Shown here piece after piece: positions 1-10,286 of a DNA stretch of 64,000 bases (position 1 is the first letter of the stretch; each line of letters opens with the position of its first letter). The notes below the pieces were generated by a model. The model saw only the letters and a list, made by a program, of their open reading frames with translations, was not told the DNA's origin and made no database searches. The stretch covers positions 25,087-89,086 of the forward strand of contig JAZLJP010000118.1 of assembly GCA_045617985.1 (NCBI GenBank), given 5' to 3'. The translations under genes were made by a program, and so were the position numbers. This DNA is from Kiritimatiellia bacterium. Its GTDB lineage: Bacteria > Verrucomicrobiota > Kiritimatiellia > RFP12 > UBA1067.

Positions 1-1877
1 CAACTGTTCGGCGCACTCACCTGTTCGATTCCCTCAAAAAGATCGCGCCGCACGAGCGCCGCATGCGCCACGGGAATCACGGAACGATTATGCGCCACCA
101 CAACCGGACGAAGCCCCGTCGATTCCACGAGATGCGCCGCCACGGCGATCGTCTCTTCCGCACGCACGCCGACAAGGGAACGCCCGAGCGTGTAAAGCAT
201 CACCGCCACCTCTTCATCCGCATTCGAATTGCCATAGAACGCATGTTTCAGCGTACCCGTCTCGCCGCCTGCCGCCAGATCGACAAGGGCGATCGCCCGC
301 CCCGCCGCCAAAGCCTCCGCCACCCGGCCGGTGTGGATGGTCCGCGCCCGCGTATCGGTGACGAGGATGAGGCCCGTCGGCGTTCCCGCCGGGAAGAACG
401 TGACAAGCGGTACCGGGAAACCATCCGCGAACGAGAAGATCTCACGTCGCACGCGTACACCATCCGTCAACGCCTGCTCGCCCACCAATCGTACCGTCGC
501 GCCTATTGCGTCGAGATCGCGAATGCCGGCACGCCGAGCCGCGACGCGACCAAGCGCCGTCGTCGAGCGCACAGGGCGCGCCGCCACCGCCGCCGCGAGA
601 TCGTCTTTCAGCAGGTCAAAAACGCTACGGAACCCCGCAAGATCCCTCACCCGCCCATTGGGCGTCACATATCGTATCGTACCCGTGAGGCCACAATCGA
701 CTGCATTGAGCGAAAATCCGTTGTCCAGCGCACGGCAGGCCATGACGTCGATCGGCAACGCCGAAAGGTCGCCCCCGAGCCAGCGCCGCATCCATTGAAC
801 GGACGACGTGCGCGCCGACTCGTACCATCCGTGCGGGCCTGCCACATCCGTCATGCCATAGCGTGTCACGTCGAGTCCACACGCCTGCGCCGCATTCGTC
901 ACCACCGCCATCGTCGAACACGCGCCCGCATAGGGAAAGAAGTCATCGAAATTGCAGTGGATGCGCACCGCGTTTCCGCCGGCGAGCACATGGCCCGCGT
1001 GGTTGAAACCAAACGCAAGTTCGCCGAAAACCTGCTGTTCGGCATCCTGCGGTCCATTCGCCGCATACACATCGCGCAGCGTCGAGATGAAGCATGAGGG
1101 ACATGCCGCCACGATCCGCGGCTCGACCGTTTCCAGCAGCGCCGTCTCCGTGCCGCCCCCCGAGTTGCCCATGCACCCATAGCCGTCGTGGCGGATGTCG
1201 GAACGCGTATCAAGATAGTCGAGTGCGCGGATACCGTCCCAGATCCGCTGGCGCGCGGTACTCTGCCCGAGGAGTTCCGCCAATGCGCCATAGCGATTGT
1301 GCGGCGCACAGCAGAGGCCACCCGGCACCTGCTCGCGCTCCCCCTGCGAAAAGGGGTCGTAGACGAACGCGGCGAACCCGGCGAGAGCGCCCTGCACGCC
1401 GCCACGCTGATAGGCAGCGGCGCCCTTTCCGTCGTTGTCATGTCCGCAAGGGACAATGTAAGCGGGATACGGCGCGGCGAAACGCATCGGATCGGGCAGG
1501 AAAAGGAGTCCCGTCACATACACGCCCGGGCGGCTCTCAAAGAGTACCTTCTCGATCGAATAGCCCTCCCGCTGAACAGTCCCCGTCACCTGCGCGCGGA
1601 GCGGTGTACGCGGCAGGTCGAGTCCGCCGATCGCGTCGATGAACGCCGTGCGAAGCCGGGCGGCATACGTCCTATAGGCGTCTAACGAAGCGAGGCCTCC
1701 CCACGCCGCATCGGCCGCCCGGTCGGCCGCATCGACCGCCGCCATCGCCACATCATACGCGGCACGCATCGTATTGGCCGGCAACACCCGCTGCGCCAGG
1801 GCGTCGCCATAGTCCGCCGCCCTCACCAGCACGGTTGCAACACAGAAAGCCGCGAAAAAACAGGCCCTGCTCATCAT
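1..1877 (-). CDS. secreted alpha/beta-hydrolase-fold esterase (acetylxylan-esterase-like); 3' end cut by window edge
   Basis: Absent from the ORF track because it runs off the window. Reading the reverse strand by hand from ATGATG at 1877, I find it open to position 1 (~625 codons). N-terminus MMSRACFFAAFCVATVLVRA is signal-like. It has the nucleophile-elbow motif GCMGNSGGG. Overlapping track ORFs (63..1097+, 899..1456-) are off-frame or antisense, Arg/Pro-rich. Confidence 0.55.
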   Translation of the reverse strand, partial: MMSRACFFAAFCVATVLVRAADYGDALAQRVLPANTMRAAYDVAMAAVDAADRAADAAWGGLASLDAYRTYAARLRTAFIDAIGGLDLPRTPLRAQVTGTVQREGYSIEKVLFESRPGVYVTGLLFLPDPMRFAAPYPAYIVPCGHDNDGKGAAAYQRGGVQGALAGFAAFVYDPFSQGEREQVPGGLCCAPHNRYGALAELLGQSTARQRIWDGIRALDYLDTRSDIRHDGYGCMGNSGGGTETALLETVEPRIVAACPSCFISTLRDVYAANGPQDAEQQVFGELAFGFNHAGHVLAGGNAVRIHCNFDDFFPYAGACSTMAVVTNAAQACGLDVTRYGMTDVAGPHGWYESARTSSVQWMRRWLGGDLSALPIDVMACRALDNGFSLNAVDCGLTGTIRYVTPNGRVRDLAGFRSVFDLLKDDLAAAVAARPVRSTTALGRVAARRAGIRDLDAIGATVRLVGEQALTDGVRVRREIFSFADGFPVPLVTFFPAGTPTGLILVTDTRARTIHTGRVAEALAAGRAIALVDLAAGGETGTLKHAFYGNSNADEEVAVMLYTLGRSLVGVRAEETIAVAAHLVESTGLRPVVVAHNRSVIPVAHAALVRRDLFEGIEQVSAPNS

Positions 1878-1899
1878 CGCCCGCACACCGCGCTCTCAA

Positions 1900-4800
1900 T
1901 CACCGCAGGATGAACATCAGCCCACGGAGGAGGTAGACGCCACCCGGGCGCCGGACGAGTTCCGCGCGGTCTCCGCCAAGGAGCTTGAACGACAGGTCTT
2001 TCGCATTGACCGGCGGTTCGTCTTTCCACAGGATGACGGGCGTACCCGACTTCACCTGCCGCTCGCCGAGATCCACCTTGTATTCGCCCGAAGCAAAGGC
2101 CACATGCCCCGTCACGTTCGACCGTTCAAAGAAGCACAGGGTATTCCAGGCGTTCGTCTGATTCGAGAGGTCAATCGTCGCCCCGGCAGCAAGCTGCGTG
2201 TTGTGCCATTCCACGCCCGGGCGGAAGTGCCCCGTCACGGCGATCCAGCCGTTCTCGCCATTCATGTCGCAACCGTCCGTGTAGTCGCTGATGTAGTCGA
2301 GGAACGTCACCGGTCCCTTCGTTATCGACCGGTCGCGAATCGCCGCCCCGCGCATTTCAAGGCGCGTTGTGGGGGCATGTACGTAACGCGAGTCGCCGCT
2401 TTCCGAACCGCCCAAAATAAACCACCCGCCCGAATTCCCGAGAATCGTACCTCCCCCCGTCACGGTAAGGTTGCCGAAGTAGAAGTATTTGCTCGAATCC
2501 ACATCGATCTGCAAACGATGCCCGTTCATTTCCAATGTGGACGCAGCGCCACCCAAGCCAACGAACCCAAAGCCCGAACCGCGGATATAGGAATCTGCCG
2601 TCAAGGTGACATCGCTGAACCAGGCATACCCATGCTGGCTACGCGCCGTTGTACTGAGCAGCGTGCCGCCATCCAACACGAGGGGATGGTAATATTGGTT
2701 GCCGTAGCCATCGAAGTCGAGCGTTGCGCCTGTACGAACCGTGCAACGGGATCCTTCGCCACCGAGGCAAAGGCCGTTCGCCCCACATCGGAACGTACCT
2801 GCGCAGATTTCCGTTTCACCCCAATAACCGGGATTGGCGACGCCGGCGATATAGGTACCTGCACCGTCTTTCGCGAAGCCCGCCGCCCCCGTGATCTTCA
2901 CATGGCCATTCAGCGCCGTCACGCTCTCGGGGACGACGAGCCGCAGCGTACCACCCTGCCCGACGGAACTCGTATCCGTGATTGTAACCGCATAGGTGCT
3001 GTTCGCCGCGAATGAAAGCGCAAGGTCATGCCCCTGAAGATCGATGAAACTCCCCGCCGTCACCCGCGAAAGGTCGAGACCCGACCAGTCAGCATCCGCC
3101 GAGAGGCGGACATTGTCGAACGTGATCGACGCACACGCAAGCGGATTCTCCGCCGTACAAGCAAACACGGGCGAACCCGCAATCGTCACATGGGTGGCGA
3201 TCATCGGCAGCTCCCCTGTCTGGACGCCTTCCGAGTTACTACAGGTCCAATTCGCCGGATCCGTCGGATCGCCCGCGCGTCCGAGTCCCGTCCATGCCGC
3301 CTCCAACACGACATTCGCATCGGCAATGTGAAGTTCGAGGTCGTGCGCGCCATTGATGCCGAGCCAGCAGTTCGGTACCGCCGCCCCATCACCATCCACA
3401 ACTGTAAGCGTAATGTTCGCCGCCGCAAGGATCGACGTCAGGTTGCCCGCCGGGCCGATCACGAACGTTTTCGGCGCGGCCGTCGTGCCAGTATAGGTCA
3501 CGTCGATGTTTCGAAGTTCAACGAGGAAATTCTGATTCGTCTGCGCCGAGACATCCACCTTCTCCGTCCAACCCGTATCATCCGCCTTCATTTCCCAGCG
3601 CGTGTTCGCGCCCGAGAAGACGAGACTCGAGCCCAGGATCGTCCCCTTGCCGGACAGCGTACCTGCGAGCTTCATACTCGAATTGGCCAGGCCATTCGTC
3701 GCATCCAACGTACCATCCACATGAAGCGCACCATTGAGAACGGCTGCACCGTTGTATGCTTCCACGCGCGCTGCCGCCCCCTCTGGAACCATAATCGGAA
3801 TCCCCGCCGCAAACGAGGGCCCTGAAAGAAGGCGCACATACGAACCATCGGCAAGGACGAGGCCGTTCGTCACCGTACCTGTGGCGGGGCCTTCAAACTG
3901 AACATACGCTCCCGGTTCGGCAACAAGACCACCCACCGCGCACACAACCGTGTGGAGAGCAAATTGAGCGGGTCCCCTGACCCGAAGCGTGCCCGGCCCC
4001 TCAAGCACCGAGCCGGGAATTCGCGAATTCGGGAGTGGCCGAACCGAGAGATTCCCCGCGCCGCCCACCAGCGCGTCACCCGTGAGAACGAGACGGCCGA
4101 AGGTACACCCCCAAGCAGAATTCGTCCAAGAATTGACGATGGCGCCAAGATTGTCCGGGCCCGTTCCCTCCACATACACCGTCTTTCCGTGTGTCACTTC
4201 CGTTTTCGCCAAGTTCGCGGCGTTCCCCGCATTGAGATTCACGTCAAGACACGCGCCGTTCGCAATGCGGATCTCGCCCGCCGTGCCGGCCGTCGTCGTC
4301 TTGCCCGTGTTGACGAATTTGAGCGTACCGGCCTCCACACGCACCGTCGAAGCCGCCGCGAAGGTGTCGTCGTTGATTGTCAACAGACCCGGCCCCGTCT
4401 TCACGAAGGTCTCCGAAAGCGCCGTCTTCGTTTCGTTCGTAAACGCCAGGTCTCCTTCCGCATGGATCGTAAACGGCAATCCGGCCGTACCGAGCACCAT
4501 CGGCAAACGGAACGTCTGCACCACCGCCGAGGCATTCGTCAGCGTCGTCTGCACCGTCAGCGTTTGAGCGCCCGTAAAAGAAAAGGCACCGGCCGCCGCA
4601 GGGAAGACAAGCGACTGCGCCGCAGAATTCGGCAGATCGTCAACAATCGTACCACCGGCTGCCGTGGGGAACGTAATCGGCGCACCGACCATCGGCAGTA
4701 CCGAACCCACCCAGTTTCCGGTCGTGCTCCACAGACCATCGCCGGCAGCGCCAGACCATTCTGCCGCCGTCGCTTCGAGCGGACGCAGCACGAGGTCGCC

Positions 4801-6603
4801 ACCCACCACGGCAATGGTGGCCGGAAAACCGTCCTGCACTTTGAATTTCGCCGCATCGGCCTCGACGAACGCCCCGCCCGTAATGACGGGCACATCGTCC
4901 GTAAGCCCCACCACGCCCGTCGCCTGCACGGCAATGATCATCGGATTTGCCTCCGTCGCCGAAGCGTCAAGTACTACCGCGGTGACCGCCAGGCAGTCCG
5001 CCCCCTCGGGCGTCACATCCAATTCAACACTCGCGCCGCCCTTCAGCGTCAGCGTCCCCGCGACGGCGACCGTCTTCGCCTCCGTATCCGCAAAGGAGAG
5101 GCGCCCCTGTGTGAGACACAGTGCGGGAAAATTTGTCGCCGCCGCCGCATTGACGAGGAATGGGCCTGTCTTTTCGATCGTCGAATAGAGGCCGAAAATC
5201 CCAACGTCGTCAACTGCACCCTTGCGCAGTTCCAGCGCCGAACAGTCGTCGTTCACCGTGTAGTAGCAGGTCGGCCCCGCCGCATAGCCGAAAGCCGCCC
5301 CCGAACCCGCATTCGCATAGAAATCCTTCGTCACGTGGTCGTAGAGCAGCACCGTGCCATCCGCCTTACGCCACGGTACCATCTTGCGCTGCGGCATACC
5401 GTTTGAAGAGATGATGTCGAAACGGTAGAGCTTGGCCGCCGTCCACCAGTTGTCGTGGATTTTCACGCCGCCCGCCGTGGTCGCGTAGTTCTGATTGAAA
5501 ATCAGCATCGGAATCTGCGAGTCGTGCGAGGCGGACGAGAGCGTACCCGAGCCGCTCGTCGTGCCGTCGTTCCAGGTCGCCGTCTTGCCTTCGCAGGTGA
5601 TGGCGATGCGCTTACCGCGCAGAGCCGTCGAATTGCCGAGAACGACATTCGCACTATCGCGAAAATATTTGAGGTACTGCGTTGTCGCCTTGCCATTCGA
5701 GACCTGGATCGCGTAACCGTCGGTATTGTTGTTCCACATCGCGCCGAAAAGGCATGAAAAGACGTTCTGGTTGCCCGTCGAGATGTTCACATCGCATTCG
5801 ATCTTGTCGCCGCCCTTATGGTTGTAGCGGGTATTGACGTACTGTTTACCGGCCACCCCCGTCGACTCGAGATAGTCAACACGGCCGACCGACATATCAT
5901 CCGCACCATCAGATCCACGGAGGATGCCGGTGCCGCTATTGCCGTAGAACTTGCCCTCGACTTTATCCCAGAGGCCCGCCTCGCCAAGTTCGGTACGACA
6001 CGGCACGAAGTCGCGCTTCGCCACATTGTTCGCATCGAAGATCTGGAAGCCGTACAACTTGGCACTCGTCCACCAGTTGTCGCTGGTGGAAACGGCGTTG
6101 GCCGTCGTCGCCTTGTTCGCATTGAAGATCAACATCGGAATCTGCGAGTTCCCCGTCAATGCCGACGTCGATCCCGTACCGCCGTCCGTACCATCGGTCC
6201 ACGAAGCGGTTTTACCCTGGCAAGTGATCGTAATACGCTTGCCGCGCACCGCCGTCGAATTGGAAAGCACGACCAACTGCGAATTCTGACCGCCGCGCTT
6301 ATAACGCAGATACGGCTTGTCCGCACCGTTGTTGGACACCTCCATCACAAGCCCGTTATCGGCATTGTTCCAGATCGCACCGAAGAGACAAGACCACACC
6401 CTCTGGCCTGTCGCGGCAATGATCGCATCACACACGACCTTGTCGTTCTGCTGGTGGTTGTAACGCGTATTGATGTACTGCGTACCCGTCGACTCGATGT
6501 ATTCGAGCGGCAGATACCCCATCGGCAACGCCACCTCGGCCCACGCGCCCAGACCGCACACGAACGCGATCCCCGCCACAAGCTTCTTCAACTGTCCCGC
6601 CAT
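1900..6603 (-). CDS. giant secreted surface protein: two N-terminal ~190-aa lectin/LamG-like tandem repeats followed by autotransporter-associated beta-strand (PATR-type) repeats
   Basis: ORF 1900..6696 (1598 aa). Probable start is MAGQLKKLVAGIAFVCGLGAWA at 6603 (signal peptide, AAGGAA RBS upstream). Internal repeat LEYIESTG..NTRYNH..WSCLFGA..WNN..IPMLIFN..DNWWT..KLY occurs twice. Gly/Thr/Ala-rich beta-strand repeats ...GTLTLKGGASVELDV..., ...TLTVQTT... are typical of PVC autotransporter-associated repeats. Confidence 0.8.
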   Translation of the reverse strand: MAGQLKKLVAGIAFVCGLGAWAEVALPMGYLPLEYIESTGTQYINTRYNHQQNDKVVCDAIIAATGQRVWSCLFGAIWNNADNGLVMEVSNNGADKPYLRYKRGGQNSQLVVLSNSTAVRGKRITITCQGKTASWTDGTDGGTGSTSALTGNSQIPMLIFNANKATTANAVSTSDNWWTSAKLYGFQIFDANNVAKRDFVPCRTELGEAGLWDKVEGKFYGNSGTGILRGSDGADDMSVGRVDYLESTGVAGKQYVNTRYNHKGGDKIECDVNISTGNQNVFSCLFGAMWNNNTDGYAIQVSNGKATTQYLKYFRDSANVVLGNSTALRGKRIAITCEGKTATWNDGTTSGSGTLSSASHDSQIPMLIFNQNYATTAGGVKIHDNWWTAAKLYRFDIISSNGMPQRKMVPWRKADGTVLLYDHVTKDFYANAGSGAAFGYAAGPTCYYTVNDDCSALELRKGAVDDVGIFGLYSTIEKTGPFLVNAAAATNFPALCLTQGRLSFADTEAKTVAVAGTLTLKGGASVELDVTPEGADCLAVTAVVLDASATEANPMIIAVQATGVVGLTDDVPVITGGAFVEADAAKFKVQDGFPATIAVVGGDLVLRPLEATAAEWSGAAGDGLWSTTGNWVGSVLPMVGAPITFPTAAGGTIVDDLPNSAAQSLVFPAAAGAFSFTGAQTLTVQTTLTNASAVVQTFRLPMVLGTAGLPFTIHAEGDLAFTNETKTALSETFVKTGPGLLTINDDTFAAASTVRVEAGTLKFVNTGKTTTAGTAGEIRIANGACLDVNLNAGNAANLAKTEVTHGKTVYVEGTGPDNLGAIVNSWTNSAWGCTFGRLVLTGDALVGGAGNLSVRPLPNSRIPGSVLEGPGTLRVRGPAQFALHTVVCAVGGLVAEPGAYVQFEGPATGTVTNGLVLADGSYVRLLSGPSFAAGIPIMVPEGAAARVEAYNGAAVLNGALHVDGTLDATNGLANSSMKLAGTLSGKGTILGSSLVFSGANTRWEMKADDTGWTEKVDVSAQTNQNFLVELRNIDVTYTGTTAAPKTFVIGPAGNLTSILAAANITLTVVDGDGAAVPNCWLGINGAHDLELHIADANVVLEAAWTGLGRAGDPTDPANWTCSNSEGVQTGELPMIATHVTIAGSPVFACTAENPLACASITFDNVRLSADADWSGLDLSRVTAGSFIDLQGHDLALSFAANSTYAVTITDTSSVGQGGTLRLVVPESVTALNGHVKITGAAGFAKDGAGTYIAGVANPGYWGETEICAGTFRCGANGLCLGGEGSRCTVRTGATLDFDGYGNQYYHPLVLDGGTLLSTTARSQHGYAWFSDVTLTADSYIRGSGFGFVGLGGAASTLEMNGHRLQIDVDSSKYFYFGNLTVTGGGTILGNSGGWFILGGSESGDSRYVHAPTTRLEMRGAAIRDRSITKGPVTFLDYISDYTDGCDMNGENGWIAVTGHFRPGVEWHNTQLAAGATIDLSNQTNAWNTLCFFERSNVTGHVAFASGEYKVDLGERQVKSGTPVILWKDEPPVNAKDLSFKLLGGDRAELVRRPGGVYLLRGLMFILR

Positions 6604-6719
6604 ACTCGTTTCCTTTCTTTCTTGGAACGGCCCAACTTCGTCTAAAGGCCTACCAGTAGAAAGTCTAGCACATCCACGCTCCCAAGTCCACCGCAAAATC
6701 CGGAGAACATCAAAGGAAA

Positions 6720-7673
6720 TCAGGCAAGGGGCCGCTGGACGTTGGCATGCGTCGCTTCATCATGGAAGGAGACGACGGGATCTTCCGCTGGGCGGCCGAA
6801 GGATTTGAGAAAGCGGCAAACGGCGTAGCGCTCGGAGCGGTCGCCATAATCGGCAACCCAGGCCTCGGCCTCCTGCCGATCGATTTCGTTCGCGTAGGGG
6901 AAGGCGGGGAATCGGCCCAGCTTCTCCGTATGGCGGGCGCGCAGACGGAACGGTTTCGGCGTGAGCCGCGCCCGAAAGCATTTCTGCAGACCGCAGAGCC
7001 AGGCATAACGGGAATCCGCGTGAAAGGCGGCGAACAGCCGGTGCATGCGCTTGCTCCCCGGTTCGAGGGCCTCCCCCGTCACGATCACGCGCATGCCGGC
7101 CGCCGTGCGATAGACGCGGAATCCGAGTTCAGCGTTTTCCGGTTTCGCCGCCAGTTTTTCCGCCGTGGCGAGGGTCTTCTCCACAACGCCGTAGGAACCG
7201 AAGATGTTTCGCAGAATGTCGAGAAACGTCCAGGCGATGGAATCCACGTCAATGAAGCAGACACTCGTTGAATTCAGGACTTCCGCGCCATAGTGATTGC
7301 GGGTAACGACATTGCAGGGATCGAGTTCCCGCAGGATTTCTTCGCAGATGGGCCGTCGATAGTCGTCCCCTTCGGTTTCGTCTCCCCGGATGCGGCGGAT
7401 CTCCGAACGAAAAGCGCGGATGTCTTCGTCCGTCGGGTTCGCCAGAAGGAGGAACCGTTCGGCGGCTCGAAACGATTCTTCCACCTTTTCTTCAGCGGCG
7501 GCCCGGGATTCGTTGGAGCCGACCCGGAAGCGGAAACGGACTTCGGCGCCTTCAGCCGTCCGAAGCGTGCGGGTTTCATCGGCCCAATGACGATACAGTG
7601 GCAGGGGAGGGGTGCGGGGCGCGAGAAGACCGGATTGCTGGGGCTCCGGAAGCCCACCACGCCCCGTCATCAT
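6720..7673 (-). CDS. hypothetical protein, last gene of the VTC/DUF4956/HlyD/TolC operon
   Basis: 317-aa ORF whose start (ATGA) overlaps the TolC-like stop by 4 nt. I recognise no motif. Acidic/Arg-rich and soluble-looking. Confidence 0.5.
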   Translation of the reverse strand: MMTGRGGLPEPQQSGLLAPRTPPLPLYRHWADETRTLRTAEGAEVRFRFRVGSNESRAAAEEKVEESFRAAERFLLLANPTDEDIRAFRSEIRRIRGDETEGDDYRRPICEEILRELDPCNVVTRNHYGAEVLNSTSVCFIDVDSIAWTFLDILRNIFGSYGVVEKTLATAEKLAAKPENAELGFRVYRTAAGMRVIVTGEALEPGSKRMHRLFAAFHADSRYAWLCGLQKCFRARLTPKPFRLRARHTEKLGRFPAFPYANEIDRQEAEAWVADYGDRSERYAVCRFLKSFGRPAEDPVVSFHDEATHANVQRPLA

Positions 7674-9136
7674 GGCGCAACCTTCCCCTCGGCCACGGGC
7701 TTGAGCTCGGCCCCGTAGGGAAGCGGCCCGCCCGATACCGTTTCAAGAAGGAGGATGCGCGACACCCACTCGTATTCGGCTTCGTCCTTGAACTTGCGAT
7801 AGTCGAGCAATTCCAATTGCGCGCGGCAGATGTCGTCCGGCTTCACGGCCGTCGTCGCCGCAAACTCGTCGAGCCTCGCCTGCATGCGCTTCACGAAGGC
7901 GCGCCCCGTATCCGAGAGCCGCACGAATCGACGATCCGCAACGCCGAAATCGTCGAGCGCGCTTTCGATTTCATGCCGCACGGATTCGGCGAGCGACGCT
8001 ACGCGCACGCTATGCGCCTCTTCCAAGCTCCGCGACGCCTTCACGGCATCGCCGAACCAAGTGAAGATCGGCACCGTGATGCCCACGCGAACCTGCCACT
8101 CGTCCTCAAAGCCGCGCTTGCGCCCACGAACCGGCGTCGTCGATCCGCTCCAGATGCGTTCGGAGGAGGCATTGTGCGAATAGGTGCCTTCCACGAAATC
8201 GAACCACGGCAGATGCGCCATCTTCGCCGCGCCCACGTTCGCCTGCGCGGCGACAAGTTCCGCCCGCGCCCCCACGAGATCCGGCCGCCGCGCGAGCGCC
8301 GTCTCGGCGAGTACGGCGGCAAACGCCGCATTCGTTCCCGGCGGTTCCGGCGGCGTGTAGCGGATCTGAAGACCTCGTTCGGAGAGCCCCGTATAGAACG
8401 CAAGCTGCCGCCGCACCTGCCGCCGCGCCAGAAACGCCTCTTCCGCCTGCGCCCGCGCCTTCTCGCGCGCAACCTCGGCCTGGATCACGTCAAGCGGCGA
8501 CTTGACAATGCCTTCGGCCATCCGCCGCTCCAGGCACAGCCGCATGCGTTCCCACAATTCACCCGCCTCTTTCCGCCGCAGCTGTTCGCGCCGCAGGCGC
8601 TCCTCTTCGAGGCAGAGCGATTTCACCTCGCAATAGACCGCATACTGCGCCGTCTTCGCCCGCGCCTCCAGGGCTTCCACCTCCGCGTCTCCCGCCCGGC
8701 GCACGTAACGGTTGATGAAGGGATTGGCCACATAGAAGCGCACGCCGGCCGTGTAGGTGCCGCCGTCGCCGTTCGCCGGCGACTCGCGCGTGGAGCGCTC
8801 GCGGCTATCCTCCCACGCATGCGCAAGGCGCAGCTGCGGATCCTTCCACGCAAGATCGGCATCGACGGCCGAGCGTTTCGCCGCCGCGCGGATGGTGAGG
8901 ATCTTCGCCTCGTCCACACGCGCACCGGCCATCTTCGCGAGCTCATCCCAGCTCCAGCCACCCGCCGGCATCGCCGCGAGCGCTGCGGACTGCGGCGGCC
9001 GAGCGACGCTCTGCGGGGCGTTCGTGGGGGCGCTCGCCGCAGCCAGCAAGGCGACGAGCGGCTCTTCCGCCGTTCTGCCGCCAATCGCCGCAAGCGCCCA
9101 GCCGGCAGCAACCATCATCCGGGAAAGGCCCTTCAT
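7670..9136 (-). CDS. TolC-like outer membrane efflux protein (OMF family)
   Basis: 488 aa with a signal peptide (MKGLSRMMVAAGWALAAIG). Two-repeat coiled-coil-rich architecture with Ala/Glu/Arg heptads typical of OMF. 4-nt overlap with the upstream HlyD-family gene. Confidence 0.7.
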   Translation of the reverse strand: MKGLSRMMVAAGWALAAIGGRTAEEPLVALLAAASAPTNAPQSVARPPQSAALAAMPAGGWSWDELAKMAGARVDEAKILTIRAAAKRSAVDADLAWKDPQLRLAHAWEDSRERSTRESPANGDGGTYTAGVRFYVANPFINRYVRRAGDAEVEALEARAKTAQYAVYCEVKSLCLEEERLRREQLRRKEAGELWERMRLCLERRMAEGIVKSPLDVIQAEVAREKARAQAEEAFLARRQVRRQLAFYTGLSERGLQIRYTPPEPPGTNAAFAAVLAETALARRPDLVGARAELVAAQANVGAAKMAHLPWFDFVEGTYSHNASSERIWSGSTTPVRGRKRGFEDEWQVRVGITVPIFTWFGDAVKASRSLEEAHSVRVASLAESVRHEIESALDDFGVADRRFVRLSDTGRAFVKRMQARLDEFAATTAVKPDDICRAQLELLDYRKFKDEAEYEWVSRILLLETVSGGPLPYGAELKPVAEGKVAP

Positions 9137-10266
9137 GGCGCTGCCGCCTTCTTCTGCGAGATGAACACCGATTCACCCGGAATGAACACCGTTGAATCGC
9201 CGCGCAGGCGAATCTTGATCTTCCGGCCGCGCGCCGGCATGCGCGGCGCAGGATTCATCGGATCGAAAAAGTCGAGCACTTCGGGGTCGATCATCTCCAC
9301 GCGCCCCGTCACCGCCGCAGGCGCACCGCGCCCCGCCACGAGGCGGCTCACGAGAAGTTCGTCGCCCACGCGCACCGCGTCCACGAACTCCGCCGGCAAC
9401 ATGCCCGTGACGAAACGCGCATCGGGCGCAGAGGCGAGGCGCACGATCGCCTCGCCCGCCGGCACGATGTCGCCCGAGCGCCGGAACACCTGCGAGACGA
9501 CGCCATCGGCGAGCGCCTTCAAAACGGACGTATCGGCGCGCTGGATTTCCTCGTAGCGCCGCAGGGCCGCGCTCAGCGTCGCATTCGTCTGCGTGGGCGC
9601 GGCATCATAGGCCGCGAGTTCCGCCGTCACTTCCTTGAAATCGATCTCGGCCTGCTGCAGGCGTTCGGAGAGCGCCTGCAAGAGCGGCTCGTATCCGGCC
9701 ACCGTACGCCGGAGGGCATCCGCCTTCGGCCGGAGCGAGGTGAGCTCGAGTTCGCTCACGAGCTTCTTCTCGACGAGCGGCTTCAGGCGCGCGATTTCCG
9801 CATCGAGCCCCGCGAGTTCCGCCTCTTCGCGCATGCGTTCCATCCGGCGCTCCTCGAGGGCGACAGAGGCCTCGCGCACCATCTGGCGGCTCCGGCGCAC
9901 GGCCTCGCACAGATTCTCCCGCAGGCGCTTCGACGACTCTTCGGCCTCGCGGATCTTCACTTCGTTCATCGCCTCTTCGGCGAGACGCGCCGCCGGGTCG
10001 AACTTGACAAGCACATCGCCTGCCTTCACCCGCTGCCCCGGCACCACCTCCACCGAGACGATGCGCGCCGCCTCCACGGGCCCCACGTTCTCCGCGCCGG
10101 AATCGACGATGCCGCGGAAGCTCACCGCGCTCTCGCGCCCGAAAAGCCACATCAATACGCCTGCCGACGCCGCCAGGATCACGAGCCCGCACACGAAACG
10201 CGCGAAGGCCCGAAACCGTTGGCGCAACGGCCGCTTCAATGCCGGACGATTGTAAGATTTTTCCAT
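9133..10266 (-). CDS. HlyD-family membrane fusion (periplasmic adaptor) protein
   Basis: 377 aa. N-terminal TM anchor (FARFVCGLVILAASAGVLMWLF), then a biotinyl/lipoyl-like hairpin (VKAGDVLVKFD), a long coiled coil, and a C-terminal beta-barrel (GMLPAEFVDAVRVGDELLV). Confidence 0.75.
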   Translation of the reverse strand: MEKSYNRPALKRPLRQRFRAFARFVCGLVILAASAGVLMWLFGRESAVSFRGIVDSGAENVGPVEAARIVSVEVVPGQRVKAGDVLVKFDPAARLAEEAMNEVKIREAEESSKRLRENLCEAVRRSRQMVREASVALEERRMERMREEAELAGLDAEIARLKPLVEKKLVSELELTSLRPKADALRRTVAGYEPLLQALSERLQQAEIDFKEVTAELAAYDAAPTQTNATLSAALRRYEEIQRADTSVLKALADGVVSQVFRRSGDIVPAGEAIVRLASAPDARFVTGMLPAEFVDAVRVGDELLVSRLVAGRGAPAAVTGRVEMIDPEVLDFFDPMNPAPRMPARGRKIKIRLRGDSTVFIPGESVFISQKKAAAP

Positions 10267-10286
10267 CTCTGACCTCTCGCCCCCGC

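Noticed and set aside
63-1097. 344-aa plus-strand ORF at the left edge
   Set aside because: Antisense to the edge-truncated esterase gene (1..1877, minus). Product is Arg/His-rich nonsense.
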